Shown here: positions 1 to 9,673 of the stretch, piece after piece
Layout of the letters: every line of letters begins with the position of its first letter
Position numbering within the stretch: position 1 is the first letter of the stretch
Origin: Gammaproteobacteria bacterium
GTDB lineage: Bacteria; Pseudomonadota; Gammaproteobacteria; GCA-001735895
Assembly (NCBI GenBank): GCA_050298595.1
Contig: JBNKUM010000022.1
Span: 1-64,000, forward strand
Reading direction: 5' to 3'
DNA length: 64,000 nucleotides
Notes under the pieces: model-generated
What the model saw: the letters and a program-made list of their open reading frames with translations, nothing else
Database searches by the model: none
Told to the model about the DNA's origin: nothing
Made by a program: the position numbers and the translations under genes

Positions 1-153
1 TTTAAGCCGACGCTTATATTTTGATAAAGCCTTGAGGGTCAGCGATAGGTCATTGCTGCACCTGGTTTCCAGCAGCCGTTCATCCTGGTCGTTGATCACA
101 CAGATGTAATGATTGTTTGAATGTAAATCGATTCCGCAATACAGTGCTTTCAT
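1..153 (-). mobile_element. IS110-family transposase, N-terminus (continues off the window edge)
   Basis: Reverse strand from the ATG at 153 reads MKALYCGIDLHSNNHYICVINDQDERLLETRCSNDL, the typical GIDLH start of the DEDD (RuvC-like) IS110 domain. A GGAG RBS lies upstream. Confidence 0.85.
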
Positions 154-221
154 GGCAGTCTCCAATGAGTGTTGTTGGAACTTTCATTGTAGCTCCGCCA
201 CAAGTCGGGGCGGAGACTGCC
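154..221 (-). promoter_or_regulatory. Structured 5' non-coding end of the IS110 element
   Basis: GGCAGTCTCC (154-163, contains the RBS) is the exact reverse complement of GGAGACTGCC (212-221). A competing hairpin CTCCGCC/GGCGGAG spans 193-215. Confidence 0.55.
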
Positions 222-348
222 TTATGTTTATCAGACTCGTGGATGAGGCAAATGAATCCACCAGCTCAAGATTATCGGTATAACTAAAGGGTAAGCCTTT
301 TGGCATTTTGTTACGCCGGTAGCCTACAAATGGTAGTAACTCACTGGG

Positions 349-881
349 TTGTGCACGTATTGCAAAGAAGAATGGCTAAAGGGCTATTTGGAAGATATTC
401 AGGGCACGTCCTACGTTGTGGTTCCCCTGAACTCCGATCAAAATTATGAACAATCTTATTACAGCAAGTCTCCGTCCTCTGCGAGAAACTACCTGTTTAT
501 AAATAGTAAGAATAATGAGCAACATTGGCTCTTCAAGAACAATAAATATCTGATCGCCGATAAGACTATGCTTTCTGAACATGGATATGGAAACGAAGAG
601 AGTAATATTAGAGCAATTCTTTACCAGATCATAAAGAAGGACACAAATAAAGATAGTCGGCTCACAAGCAAGGATCTTAAAACGATATCAATCTCCCGCC
701 CTAATGGCAGTGGATACCAAGAATTAATTCAAGGAGTTGATATATTTGTGGGAAGCGCACTATCGACGAGAACACCTTGCTTATTGTTTATCAAAAACAA
801 GGTATGGGTTACTCTGCTAATGTCTCGCTTTCCGAATTGGCTATATCCAATGAACAAGAACTACCAAAGGTCAACCCCTAA
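349..881 (+). pseudogene. Frameshifted hypothetical protein, likely a cassette remnant
   Basis: First half of the chimeric ORF 349..1287. After ...VDIFVG another frame continues KRTIDENTLLIVYQKQGMGYSANVSLSELAISNEQELPKVNP* (TAA 879-881). No clear start. Confidence 0.5.
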
Positions 882-906
882 TCACCGTTTATGTAAATTG
901 AGTTAT

Positions 907-1290
907 ATGACTAATATCGAAATTAAAATTGGGGATATTACTACAGCTGAGACAGATGCAATTGTAAATGCCGCGAATCCAAAAATGTTGGGTGGCGGTG
1001 GAGTAGATGGTGCTATCCATAAGGCAGCTGGTCCAAAGCTATTGGAAGCGTGCCGCAAGATTAAGAGTGTAAACGGTATTCGTTGTCCTTTTGGAGACTC
1101 AAGAATTACACCGTCCGGTAAACTTCGTTCAAGGTTTGTGATTCACGCGGTTGGCCCAATTTATAGAAACGAAGAAGATCCAGCTAACGTGCTCAGGTCA
1201 GCTTACGAAAGCGCTGCCAACTCGCTGTTGAAAATGGCTGCAAATCTATATCCTCCCCTGCTATATCATGTGGCGCTGTCTGGCTGACGG
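907..1290 (+). pseudogene. Macro-domain (YmdB-like O-acetyl-ADP-ribose deacetylase) pseudogene
   Basis: ATG 907: GDITTAETDAIVNAAN..LGGGGVDGAIHKAAG..VIHAVGP. Frameshift near 1212, with the alternative frame giving QLAVENGCKSISSPAISCG, then truncation. Confidence 0.85.
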
Positions 1291-1456
1291 AGAATAGAGA
1301 TTTTTGAATTTTTTTGTTATACCAATGTTCCCTTATCAGCTATAAATTGCAGAAATTCCATACAACAGGCTGACAGCAGGAAATAAACCTACAATATAAA
1401 TGATGCCCAATGCAATATAGGGTTATGAAAGGGTTAGAGTTGCTTGATTTAAAAAC

Positions 1457-1546
1457 CCAGGCTACTCGATGTGTTGGGAGGTAGATTGCTAAACTCATTG
1501 GTATAGAGTGTCTGGACATTAAATTGGTAACACATCGATAGCCTGG
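1457..1546. repeat. Long inverted repeat with ~50-nt loop downstream of yccA
   Basis: CCAGGCTA(C)TCGATGTGTT pairs with AACACATCGATAGCCTGG; a T-run follows on the minus strand. Confidence 0.55.
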
Positions 1547-1614
1547 TAACAGGATGATTTTTTAGAGAACCTCTTAAATTATCAAAGGTTCTCAGGGTAT
1601 TGCAAACTGCCTCA

Positions 1615-2286
1615 TTATTCATTGCTATTCATAAATCCAATCAGATGTAGCAGACTGGTAAATAAATTTAACAGGGCAACAAATAAGGTCACAGTTGCCA
1701 TGATGTAATTGGTTTCACCACCATGAATAATATTACTGGTTTCAAACAGAATAAGGCCTGACATTAGCAGTACAAACATGGATGAAACCACAATCGATAG
1801 CATCGGCATCTCAAAAAATATAGCCGCCAGTCCTGCGATAAAGGCAACTAGAATTCCAGCAAACAGGAAGCTTCCCATAAAGCTGAAATCTTTTTGTGTG
1901 ATAGAAACATAAGCTGAAAGGCCAATGAAAATAACACCAGTAGACCCCAGTGCTGTCATCACCATTTGTCCACCATTTGGCAGAGACAGATAACTGTTAA
2001 GTATTGGCCCCAGGGTATATCCCATAAAACCGGTTAGTGCGAAAACAAAAACCAGTCCCAGTGCACTGTTACGAAAGTGACTGGTGGCAAATAGTAATCC
2101 GAAGTATCCGCCCAGAGTCAGTAATATTCCTGGGTGAGGTAAATTAAGGACCATGGTGATGCCTGCTGTCATGGCACTAAATAAAAGGGTTAATGACAGT
2201 AGTGCATAGGTATTTCTTAATACCTTGTTTGTGCTTATGGCAGACGATGCTGCCGTATAAATGCTATTGTTAGTCAATGTACTCAT
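1615..2286 (-). CDS. yccA: Bax inhibitor-1/YccA family membrane protein
   Basis: NKVLRNTYALLSLTL start, seven hydrophobic segments, GGETNYIMATVTLFV motif. Confidence 0.92.
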   Translation of the reverse strand: MSTLTNNSIYTAASSAISTNKVLRNTYALLSLTLLFSAMTAGITMVLNLPHPGILLTLGGYFGLLFATSHFRNSALGLVFVFALTGFMGYTLGPILNSYLSLPNGGQMVMTALGSTGVIFIGLSAYVSITQKDFSFMGSFLFAGILVAFIAGLAAIFFEMPMLSIVVSSMFVLLMSGLILFETSNIIHGGETNYIMATVTLFVALLNLFTSLLHLIGFMNSNE

Positions 2287-2301
2287 GATTCAATCCTCTC
2301 T

Positions 2302-2670
2302 TTATAAGCTTGGTTCAGGCAGTGCCATCCAGGATTTGGTCTGGCCCTTTTTCAGCAAACGACCTTTATCGCGGATACGAGATAATTTTCGTACTACCGA
2401 TTGAGCTGCCCGGTGTGCGGCTCGATCAATCGCGCTATATAGATCATTTTTTACTTCTTTAATCACTACATCCGGTGAGTTGGGCATTTCGATCTGTATA
2501 TGACAGCATTTATCTTCTCCACCGCGCGGCCCATTGATGTCTGATATCCACACCTTTACACGCTGGATATGTGCATTCTTTATATCTAATGCGTAGCCCA
2601 GGCGCTGCTTAATACGTCTTTTCAACGCTCCGGTTAATGCGAATCTACGACTTTGTATATCTATCTGCAT
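2302..2670 (-). CDS. HPF/RaiA (S30EA) family ribosome-associated protein
   Basis: MQIDIQSRRFALT..DINGPRGGEDKCCHI..DLYSAIDRAA. Confidence 0.85.
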   Translation of the reverse strand: MQIDIQSRRFALTGALKRRIKQRLGYALDIKNAHIQRVKVWISDINGPRGGEDKCCHIQIEMPNSPDVVIKEVKNDLYSAIDRAAHRAAQSVVRKLSRIRDKGRLLKKGQTKSWMALPEPSL

Positions 2671-2783
2671 TTCAGTTTCCTCTTACTATCGGTTGAAACG
2701 GGCTTAATCATATATCGCTTTATGCGTCTAGAAAATTCGAATAATATGCATAAACTATTCGTATAAACCGATGTGTTTTCCCT

Positions 2784-3689
2784 ATGATCAATTACAAACA
2801 TCTGCGTTATTTCTGGGTAGTCGCCAAGTCAGGTAGTATTGCCAGCGCCTCAGAAACCCTGCATTTAACCCCTCAAACCATCTCGGGCCAGATAACTATG
2901 CTGGAAAATAATCTGGGTGAAATGTTGTTTAATCGAGTTGGAAGAGGTCTGGAGCTCACCGAAACCGGTAGACTGGTGCTGAGCTATGCGGATGAGATTT
3001 TTTCTCTGGGCGGTGAGCTGGAACAAAAAATTCGTAACCTGCCTGAGGGTCGTACTCTGGTATTCAAGGTAGGCATTACAGATGTGGTGCCAAAATCGAT
3101 AGCCTATCGCCTGTTAACGCCTGCCATGCAGCTTGATATGCCGGTGCGCATTGTATGTCGCGAAGGTGATATCACTTCGCTGTTAGCCGATCTGGCCGTT
3201 CATCGGGTGGACCTGGTGATATCAGATGAAACCATTCCCGCTGCAGTCAATGTACTGGGCTTCAATCACCCTTTGGGTGAATGTGGTATCAGTTTTCTGG
3301 CTGCGCCAAAAATTACCAATCAACTGGATGGTGAATTTCCTGAGAATCTCATGGGCGCACCTTTTTTACTCCCCGGCGAATCTACGGTAGTACGAAATCG
3401 ACTGGTACAGTGGCTGGACAAGCACCATATCCATCCCCAAATTGTTGGGGAATTTGATGACAGCGCACTGATGAAGGCTTTTGGTCAGGCTGGCACTGGT
3501 GTTTTTATTTCCCCCACGCCCATCGCCGATGAAGTTGCAAGTCAATATGGTGTAGTGGTCATTGGTAAAACAGAACAGGTACGTGAAGAATTTTATGCTA
3601 TTTCGGTAGAACGAAAAATATCCCACCCTGCAGTCACCGCGATTACGGAAATGGCTCGCGAATGGTTATTTAAAGATTCTTCTTTATAA
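2784..3689 (+). CDS. nhaR: LysR-family transcriptional activator, NhaR-like
   Basis: INYKHLRYFWVVAKSGSIASASETLHLTPQTISGQI; EFDDSALMKAFGQAG; ERKISHPAV. Confidence 0.88.
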   Translation: MINYKHLRYFWVVAKSGSIASASETLHLTPQTISGQITMLENNLGEMLFNRVGRGLELTETGRLVLSYADEIFSLGGELEQKIRNLPEGRTLVFKVGITDVVPKSIAYRLLTPAMQLDMPVRIVCREGDITSLLADLAVHRVDLVISDETIPAAVNVLGFNHPLGECGISFLAAPKITNQLDGEFPENLMGAPFLLPGESTVVRNRLVQWLDKHHIHPQIVGEFDDSALMKAFGQAGTGVFISPTPIADEVASQYGVVVIGKTEQVREEFYAISVERKISHPAVTAITEMAREWLFKDSSL

Positions 3690-3816
3690 CTACTTATTCA
3701 GTAAGACTTGAATTATTTTGAACAACTCTTAAAGGCCGCTGACTATCAATCTCCAACATACCCTCAAGATTGTACTGGCTAGTTGATTTTGCAATCAGCG
3801 AGTCTGGTCGCTTGAT

Positions 3817-4599
3817 TTAGAACTCACTACCTTCATTGATCAAATGCATCTGTTGTTGAGATTGCTCCTGGTCGTTTTCAAATTCAGGAAGATTGTTGAA
3901 TACGGTAATTAATCCATCGGTCCAGAATTGTTCCAGAGCGGTTAGGTATTCACCATGCGGTTCGAATCTGCTGTGTGTGTCTAGCTTGAAATCACCAGCC
4001 TGATAGGTAGATAACTCAAAAGGCGCTCCTACAGTAAGGTTTGAGTTTGCCGTTGAGGTTAAGGAAACCAGAGCCAGTTTAGCTGCATTTTTCAGGGGCA
4101 GGTGATAGTTAAGCACCCTATCTAAAACTGGCTTGCCATATTTGGTTTCTCCAATCTGCAGATAGGGTGTAGTCTCAGAGGTTTCTATGTAATTGCCCTG
4201 CGGATAAATCATCATCAGACAATGTGGCTGCCCCTGTATTTGACCACCCAGAATAAATGAAGACTCTCCGCTCACGCCAGCCTGCTGTAAAGGAGAGTTA
4301 TGGCTTTGCTGTACATTAAGGCTAACTCGACCAATATAGTCTGCTGCTTCAAACATATAACGTGCAGTTAACAGACTCTCACGGCTTTCGCTAAAGTCGA
4401 GATCGCGTTTTATTCGATTGATGATCTCCTGAGTCGTAGCCAGGTTGCCTGCAGATAATATGACAAATAGTCGATCATTGGCGGGTGTAAAAACATGCAT
4501 TTTGGAATAGGACGTCACATAATCGGTACCCGCATTGGTCCTGGAATCCGATGCAAATACCAGCCCATCCTTCAGGCACATTCCAACGCAATAGGTCAT
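3817..4599 (-). CDS. Proteasome-type Ntn protease (Anbu)
   Basis: N-terminal catalytic Thr (MTYCVG..DSRTNAG), GNLATTQ, QIGETKYGKP; divergent from the transglutaminase/ATP-grasp operon. Confidence 0.92.
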   Translation of the reverse strand: MTYCVGMCLKDGLVFASDSRTNAGTDYVTSYSKMHVFTPANDRLFVILSAGNLATTQEIINRIKRDLDFSESRESLLTARYMFEAADYIGRVSLNVQQSHNSPLQQAGVSGESSFILGGQIQGQPHCLMMIYPQGNYIETSETTPYLQIGETKYGKPVLDRVLNYHLPLKNAAKLALVSLTSTANSNLTVGAPFELSTYQAGDFKLDTHSRFEPHGEYLTALEQFWTDGLITVFNNLPEFENDQEQSQQQMHLINEGSEF

Positions 4600-4849
4600 A
4601 AGTCTTGATCCGAGTGAGAATTTTGTTTTTTTATTTTACACAACCATAAATTCTAATAAATAAGCTTAAAACAAATTAATTCACCGCCGAGAATTGAATA
4701 GTTATTGACACAAACTCACAATAATGACAGTTTACACTGCATCCGGAATGGTGCGATTTTCTTTGTTGAAACAATAACTTAAGTTGCATATTTGCACCAA
4801 TCTAAGGAATTAGTTGTCTTAATGCACCAAAACTAAACATAAAAAATCT

Positions 4850-7800
4850 ATGGCCATAAGAATTGCTTTACAACACAGAACGGAATATTACTTTGACCGT
4901 CCGGTTAATTTGTCACCTCATCTGATTCGTTTAAGACCCGCGCCTCATACTCGAACCCCAATCCATCAGTTTTCCATCAAGGTGGAGCCTGATGAATATT
5001 TTCTCAACTGGGTACAGGATCCATTCGGAAATTTCATAGCGCGTTATGTATTTCCAGAAAAAACCAGAAAACTGATCGTTGATGTCAATCTCGTTGCCGA
5101 TATGGTGACGATTAATCCTTTCGATTTTTTTGTAGAGAAGGAAGCGGAAAAATATCCTTTTGAGTATGAAGAGCAGCTAAAAAAAGAGCTGGCTCCGTAT
5201 TTTGAGATAAAGGAGCAGGGACCTTTACTGACTGCACTGCTTGAAGAGTTAAATAAATCTGAACTCGGTATCGCAGCTACCAAAGCAAACGATCAAGATG
5301 AAGATATCGAGAAAGCACATATTGTTCATTACCTGGTCGCGCTTAACTCATTTATTCAACAGCACATTGATTACACCGTCCGTATGGAGCCGGGTGTACA
5401 AACCTGTGAAGTTACTCTGGAGAAAAAACTGGGCTCCTGTCGTGACACGGGCTGGTTGATGGTACAGGTTTTACGCAATATGGGGCTGGCAGCTCGTTTT
5501 GTATCAGGTTATCTGGTGCAGCTTGCAGCCGACCAGAAATCACTGGATGGTCCTTCCGGGCCTGAGAAGGATTTTACCGATCTGCATGCCTGGGCCGAAG
5601 TTTTCATCCCTGGTGCAGGCTGGATTGGTCTGGATCCAACCTCTGGACTGTTTGCTGGGGAGGGACATATTCCTTTAGCCTGTACGCCTGATCCGGTCAG
5701 TGCGGCACCTATAGTCGGAGCCACCGATAAATGCGAGGTTACCTTCAAGTTTAAGAATGAAGTATCCCGCATACACGAAGATCCGCGCGTAACCAAACCC
5801 TATACTGAAGAACAGTGGAAAGCGATTGAGCAACTCGGTCATGAAGTCGATGCAAAGTTAAAAGCAAAGGATGTCAGGCTTACCATGGGTGGAGAACCCA
5901 CCTTCGTTTCTATTGATGATATGGATAGCGCCCAGTGGAATACCGCAGCTTTAGGTGAGCATAAGCTCAAGCTGGCACAGGATTTATTCCTTCGCATACG
6001 GGATAGCTATACGCACCATCCCTCGTTACATTATGGTCAGGGAAAATGGTACCCGGGTGAACAGTTACCGCGTTGGGCATTAACCTGTGCCTGGCTAAAG
6101 GATGGAAAGTCGATCTGGAAAAGACAGAAACATTTTGACTCGCCCACCTCTAATTCAAAATATACCACGCAACATGCTGCTCGACTGGTATTACGCATAG
6201 CAGCGCATCTTGATCTGGGTAAGGAAAACATCAAGGTAGCCTTTGAAGATATGCCTTACTACCTGTGGAAGGAGGGCACCTTACCCGATAATGTTAGCGT
6301 AAAAGATAACCGCCTCAGCGATGAAATGGAACGTGCTCGTATCCGTAGAATTTTTGATCAGGGCCTGTCGACCATAGCGGGTTATAGTTTGCCCCTGGCC
6401 TGGGATGAAACTGCCAGGAAATGGGCATCAAACCCCTGGACATTCCGCCGCAAGCGTATGTATCTATTACCCGGTGATTCTCCCATGGGCTATAGATTAC
6501 CTCTGGACTCTCTGAAATGGGAACCCGAAAAACAACGCCAGAAACTAATTGATAAAGATCCTTTCGACGAATTTAATCATTTGCCCGAGTTACGAGATCG
6601 CCTGCATGTGATTCTTGATGAAAATCTTCAGCCCTGGAAAGAAGATAATCAGAAGCAGGAACAGGATGCAGCTCAGAAAACAGAGGAGAGTGAATTCATC
6701 CGCACAGCCCTGTGTGTTGAACAGCGTAATGGACATTTATACGTATTCCTGCCTCCCATGACCAAACTGGAAAACTATCTTGATCTGGTTAATGCGGTTG
6801 AAGCTTCTGCAGTAGAGCTTGGCATTAAAGTTATGCTGGAAGGTTATGAACCACCGTTTGATCCAAGACTACAACGCATTCAGGTGACCCCTGACCCAGG
6901 TGTAATAGAGGTCAATATCCATCCTTCAGAAAGCTGGGATCAACTGGTTAAAAATACAACCGTGCTGTATGAAGAGGCCAGGCAGTCGCGCCTGAGTACC
7001 GAAAAATTTATGCTCGATGGTCGCCATAGTGGCACGGGTGGTGGTAATCACATTACTATTGGTGCGGCTAACCCTGCAGATAGCCCTATTTTACGCCGGC
7101 CTCACTTATTAAAGAGTCTGGTGACCTACTGGCAGAATCACCCTGCATTGTCGTATCTGTTTTCCGGCTTATTTATCGGCCCCACTTCGCAATCTCCACG
7201 CGTTGATGAAGCACGCGATGATGCCCTGTATGAACTGGGTATAGCACTATCAGAAATGACGCGCGATGAAAGCACATCGCCGTGGCTGGTTGATCGTCTA
7301 ATGCGCAATCTGCTGGTCGATATTACGGGTAATACACATAGAGCGGAATTCTGCATAGACAAACTGTATTCACCCAATGGCTCAGCTGGACGTCTGGGTC
7401 TGGTCGAGTTCCGTGGTTTTGAAATGCCCCCGCATGCACAGATGAGCTTGATGCAGGCACTTTTGTTGCGCTCTCTCATTTCACGCTTCTGGGATAAACC
7501 TTACGAACAGAAACTGGTGCCCTGGGGAACAGAGCTGCATGATCGCTTTATGCTGCCGCATTATGTCGAGCGAGATATGCAGGATGTGATCAATGATATG
7601 CGTCGAGAAGGATTTGATTTTGATTTTTCCTGGCTGGCTCCGTTTATTGAATTCCGCTTTCCTCGCTATGGTGTGATCAATATTGGTGATGTAGAAATTG
7701 AATTACGCTTTGCAATCGAACCCTGGAATGTACTGGGAGAAGAAGTGACCGCTATGGGTACTGCAAGATATGTTGACTCATCTGTGGAAAGATTACAGGT

Positions 7801-8218
7801 TAAGGTTAAGGGAATGACCGAGACGCGCCACCTGATTACCTGTAATGGTCGTAGAATTCCGTTACAGAATACCGGAACCCGAGGAGAATATGTCGGTGGT
7901 GTGCGCTACAAGGCATGGCATCCACCTTCAGGCTTACACCCTACGATTGTGACTCAGGCACCTTTAACGTTTGATTTAGTCGATAACTGGAATAAAAACT
8001 CACTAGGCGGCTGCACCTATCATGTGGCACATCCCGGTGGGCGTAGTTATGAAACATTTCCCGTTAACGCCAATGAAGCCGAGTCAAGAAGACTTGCTCG
8101 TTTTCTTCAACAGGGCCACACCGGTGGCAAGATTGAAGTTCCGGAAGAACCCGTTAATCCGGATTTTCCTCATACTCTAGATTTACGCACCCGTACTGCA
8201 AAAGGAGGTCGTCCATGA
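4850..8218 (+). CDS. Transglutaminase-like protein fused to DUF2126 (amidoligase-like) domain
   Basis: GSCRDTGWL..DLHAWAEV..DPT catalytic triad; LTMGGEPTFVS, PDPGVIEVN, GTGGGNH motifs. Confidence 0.92.
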   Translation: MAIRIALQHRTEYYFDRPVNLSPHLIRLRPAPHTRTPIHQFSIKVEPDEYFLNWVQDPFGNFIARYVFPEKTRKLIVDVNLVADMVTINPFDFFVEKEAEKYPFEYEEQLKKELAPYFEIKEQGPLLTALLEELNKSELGIAATKANDQDEDIEKAHIVHYLVALNSFIQQHIDYTVRMEPGVQTCEVTLEKKLGSCRDTGWLMVQVLRNMGLAARFVSGYLVQLAADQKSLDGPSGPEKDFTDLHAWAEVFIPGAGWIGLDPTSGLFAGEGHIPLACTPDPVSAAPIVGATDKCEVTFKFKNEVSRIHEDPRVTKPYTEEQWKAIEQLGHEVDAKLKAKDVRLTMGGEPTFVSIDDMDSAQWNTAALGEHKLKLAQDLFLRIRDSYTHHPSLHYGQGKWYPGEQLPRWALTCAWLKDGKSIWKRQKHFDSPTSNSKYTTQHAARLVLRIAAHLDLGKENIKVAFEDMPYYLWKEGTLPDNVSVKDNRLSDEMERARIRRIFDQGLSTIAGYSLPLAWDETARKWASNPWTFRRKRMYLLPGDSPMGYRLPLDSLKWEPEKQRQKLIDKDPFDEFNHLPELRDRLHVILDENLQPWKEDNQKQEQDAAQKTEESEFIRTALCVEQRNGHLYVFLPPMTKLENYLDLVNAVEASAVELGIKVMLEGYEPPFDPRLQRIQVTPDPGVIEVNIHPSESWDQLVKNTTVLYEEARQSRLSTEKFMLDGRHSGTGGGNHITIGAANPADSPILRRPHLLKSLVTYWQNHPALSYLFSGLFIGPTSQSPRVDEARDDALYELGIALSEMTRDESTSPWLVDRLMRNLLVDITGNTHRAEFCIDKLYSPNGSAGRLGLVEFRGFEMPPHAQMSLMQALLLRSLISRFWDKPYEQKLVPWGTELHDRFMLPHYVERDMQDVINDMRREGFDFDFSWLAPFIEFRFPRYGVINIGDVEIELRFAIEPWNVLGEEVTAMGTARYVDSSVERLQVKVKGMTETRHLITCNGRRIPLQNTGTRGEYVGGVRYKAWHPPSGLHPTIVTQAPLTFDLVDNWNKNSLGGCTYHVAHPGGRSYETFPVNANEAESRRLARFLQQGHTGGKIEVPEEPVNPDFPHTLDLRTRTAKGGRP

Positions 8219-9660
8219 CTATAAATTTTGATGCCTTTCAAGAACAACCTTTTTTTGATGAATTGATTACACCCAAGGGTAACGCGCGTGCCTATGCTCG
8301 AAAGCTGTATAGCTTCATCAATAAGCTGGATGATTCCGAACTGGATGACCGGCAAAAAGGCGCTGAACTGGCAATTAAGCAAATGGGTATTACCTTCCGA
8401 GTATATTCCAAGGAAGAGGGTGCTATAGATCGAGCATGGCCATTCGACATTATTCCGAGAATTATTCCCCAGAGTGAATGGAGAAAAGTAGAGGAGGGCC
8501 TTAAGCAGCGAGTGACTGCATTGAATATGTTTATCGATGATCTTTATCATGATCAGAAGATTATTAAAGACAAGGTGTTTCCGGCATCGGTACTGGCAGA
8601 ATCGGTTAACTTTCGTGAACAATGCGTTGGCATAAATCCACCGTTAAACATCTGGGCACATATCTGCGGCTCTGATCTGGTGCGTCATAGTGATGGAAAA
8701 ATCTATGTGCTGGAAGATAACCTGAGGGTACCTTCTGGTGTTTCTTATATGCTGGAAAATCGACTGGTCACCAAGCGTGTTTTCCCTGAACTTTTTGAAA
8801 CCTACAGTCCATTACCGATCGATAATTATCCTGCCGAACTTTTCGATATGCTGACCTCCTTGTCTCCCAGGCCAGGAGATAGTCCAGAGATCGTGGTGAT
8901 GACACCAGGTATTTATAACTCTGCGTATTTTGAACATGCTTACCTTGCACAGCAGATGGGTTGTGAACTGGTTGAAGGACGAGACCTGATCGTTCAGGAT
9001 GACGATTGTGTGTATATGCGCAATATAGAAGGTCTTAGTCGAGTTGATGTTATCTATCGCCGAATCGATGATATGTTCATCGATCCAGAAGCCTTTGATC
9101 CGGATTCCATGTTAGGTGTACCCGGCCTGATGCGGTCGTGGAAGGCAGGTAATGTCGCACTGGCCAACGCCCCTGGTGCAGGTGTTGCAGACGATAAGGT
9201 GGTTTATTCTTATGTGCCGGATATTATTAAATACTATCTGGATCAGGATGCGATAGTGCCTAATGTTCCAACCTGGAGATGTATGGATAAGGATTCTTTA
9301 CAATACGTACTGGAGCATCTGGACGAGCTGGTGGTAAAACCAGCAAATGAGTCAGGTGGGTATGGCATGTTGATTGGCCCCGCTTCTACCAAAGCTGAAA
9401 GAGATGAATTTAAGCTACTCATCAAGGCTGATCCTCGAAATTATATTGCTCAACCGACTCTGGGTATATCGACGGTTCCAACAGTAGTTAAGGGTACCGT
9501 AGAACCACGCCATGTTGATTTACGTCCTTTTATATTGAGCGGAAAAGAGATAGATGTGACAACAGGAGGATTAACTCGTGTTGCACTTAAAAAAGGTTCA
9601 CTAGTAGTTAATTCATCTCAGGGTGGCGGTAGTAAAGACACCTGGGTAGTGGCAGATTAA
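8215..9660 (+). CDS. Circularly permuted type 2 ATP-grasp protein
   Basis: VLEDNLRVPSGVSY, YNSAYFEH, HVDLRPF, VVNSSQGGGSKDTWV; ATGA overlap with the upstream gene. Confidence 0.93.
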   Translation: MTINFDAFQEQPFFDELITPKGNARAYARKLYSFINKLDDSELDDRQKGAELAIKQMGITFRVYSKEEGAIDRAWPFDIIPRIIPQSEWRKVEEGLKQRVTALNMFIDDLYHDQKIIKDKVFPASVLAESVNFREQCVGINPPLNIWAHICGSDLVRHSDGKIYVLEDNLRVPSGVSYMLENRLVTKRVFPELFETYSPLPIDNYPAELFDMLTSLSPRPGDSPEIVVMTPGIYNSAYFEHAYLAQQMGCELVEGRDLIVQDDDCVYMRNIEGLSRVDVIYRRIDDMFIDPEAFDPDSMLGVPGLMRSWKAGNVALANAPGAGVADDKVVYSYVPDIIKYYLDQDAIVPNVPTWRCMDKDSLQYVLEHLDELVVKPANESGGYGMLIGPASTKAERDEFKLLIKADPRNYIAQPTLGISTVPTVVKGTVEPRHVDLRPFILSGKEIDVTTGGLTRVALKKGSLVVNSSQGGGSKDTWVVAD

Positions 9661-9673
9661 CAGGGGGAATAGA

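Noticed and set aside
349-1287. Novel 312-aa macro-domain fusion protein
   Set aside because: Produced by frameshifts joining two separate decayed genes.
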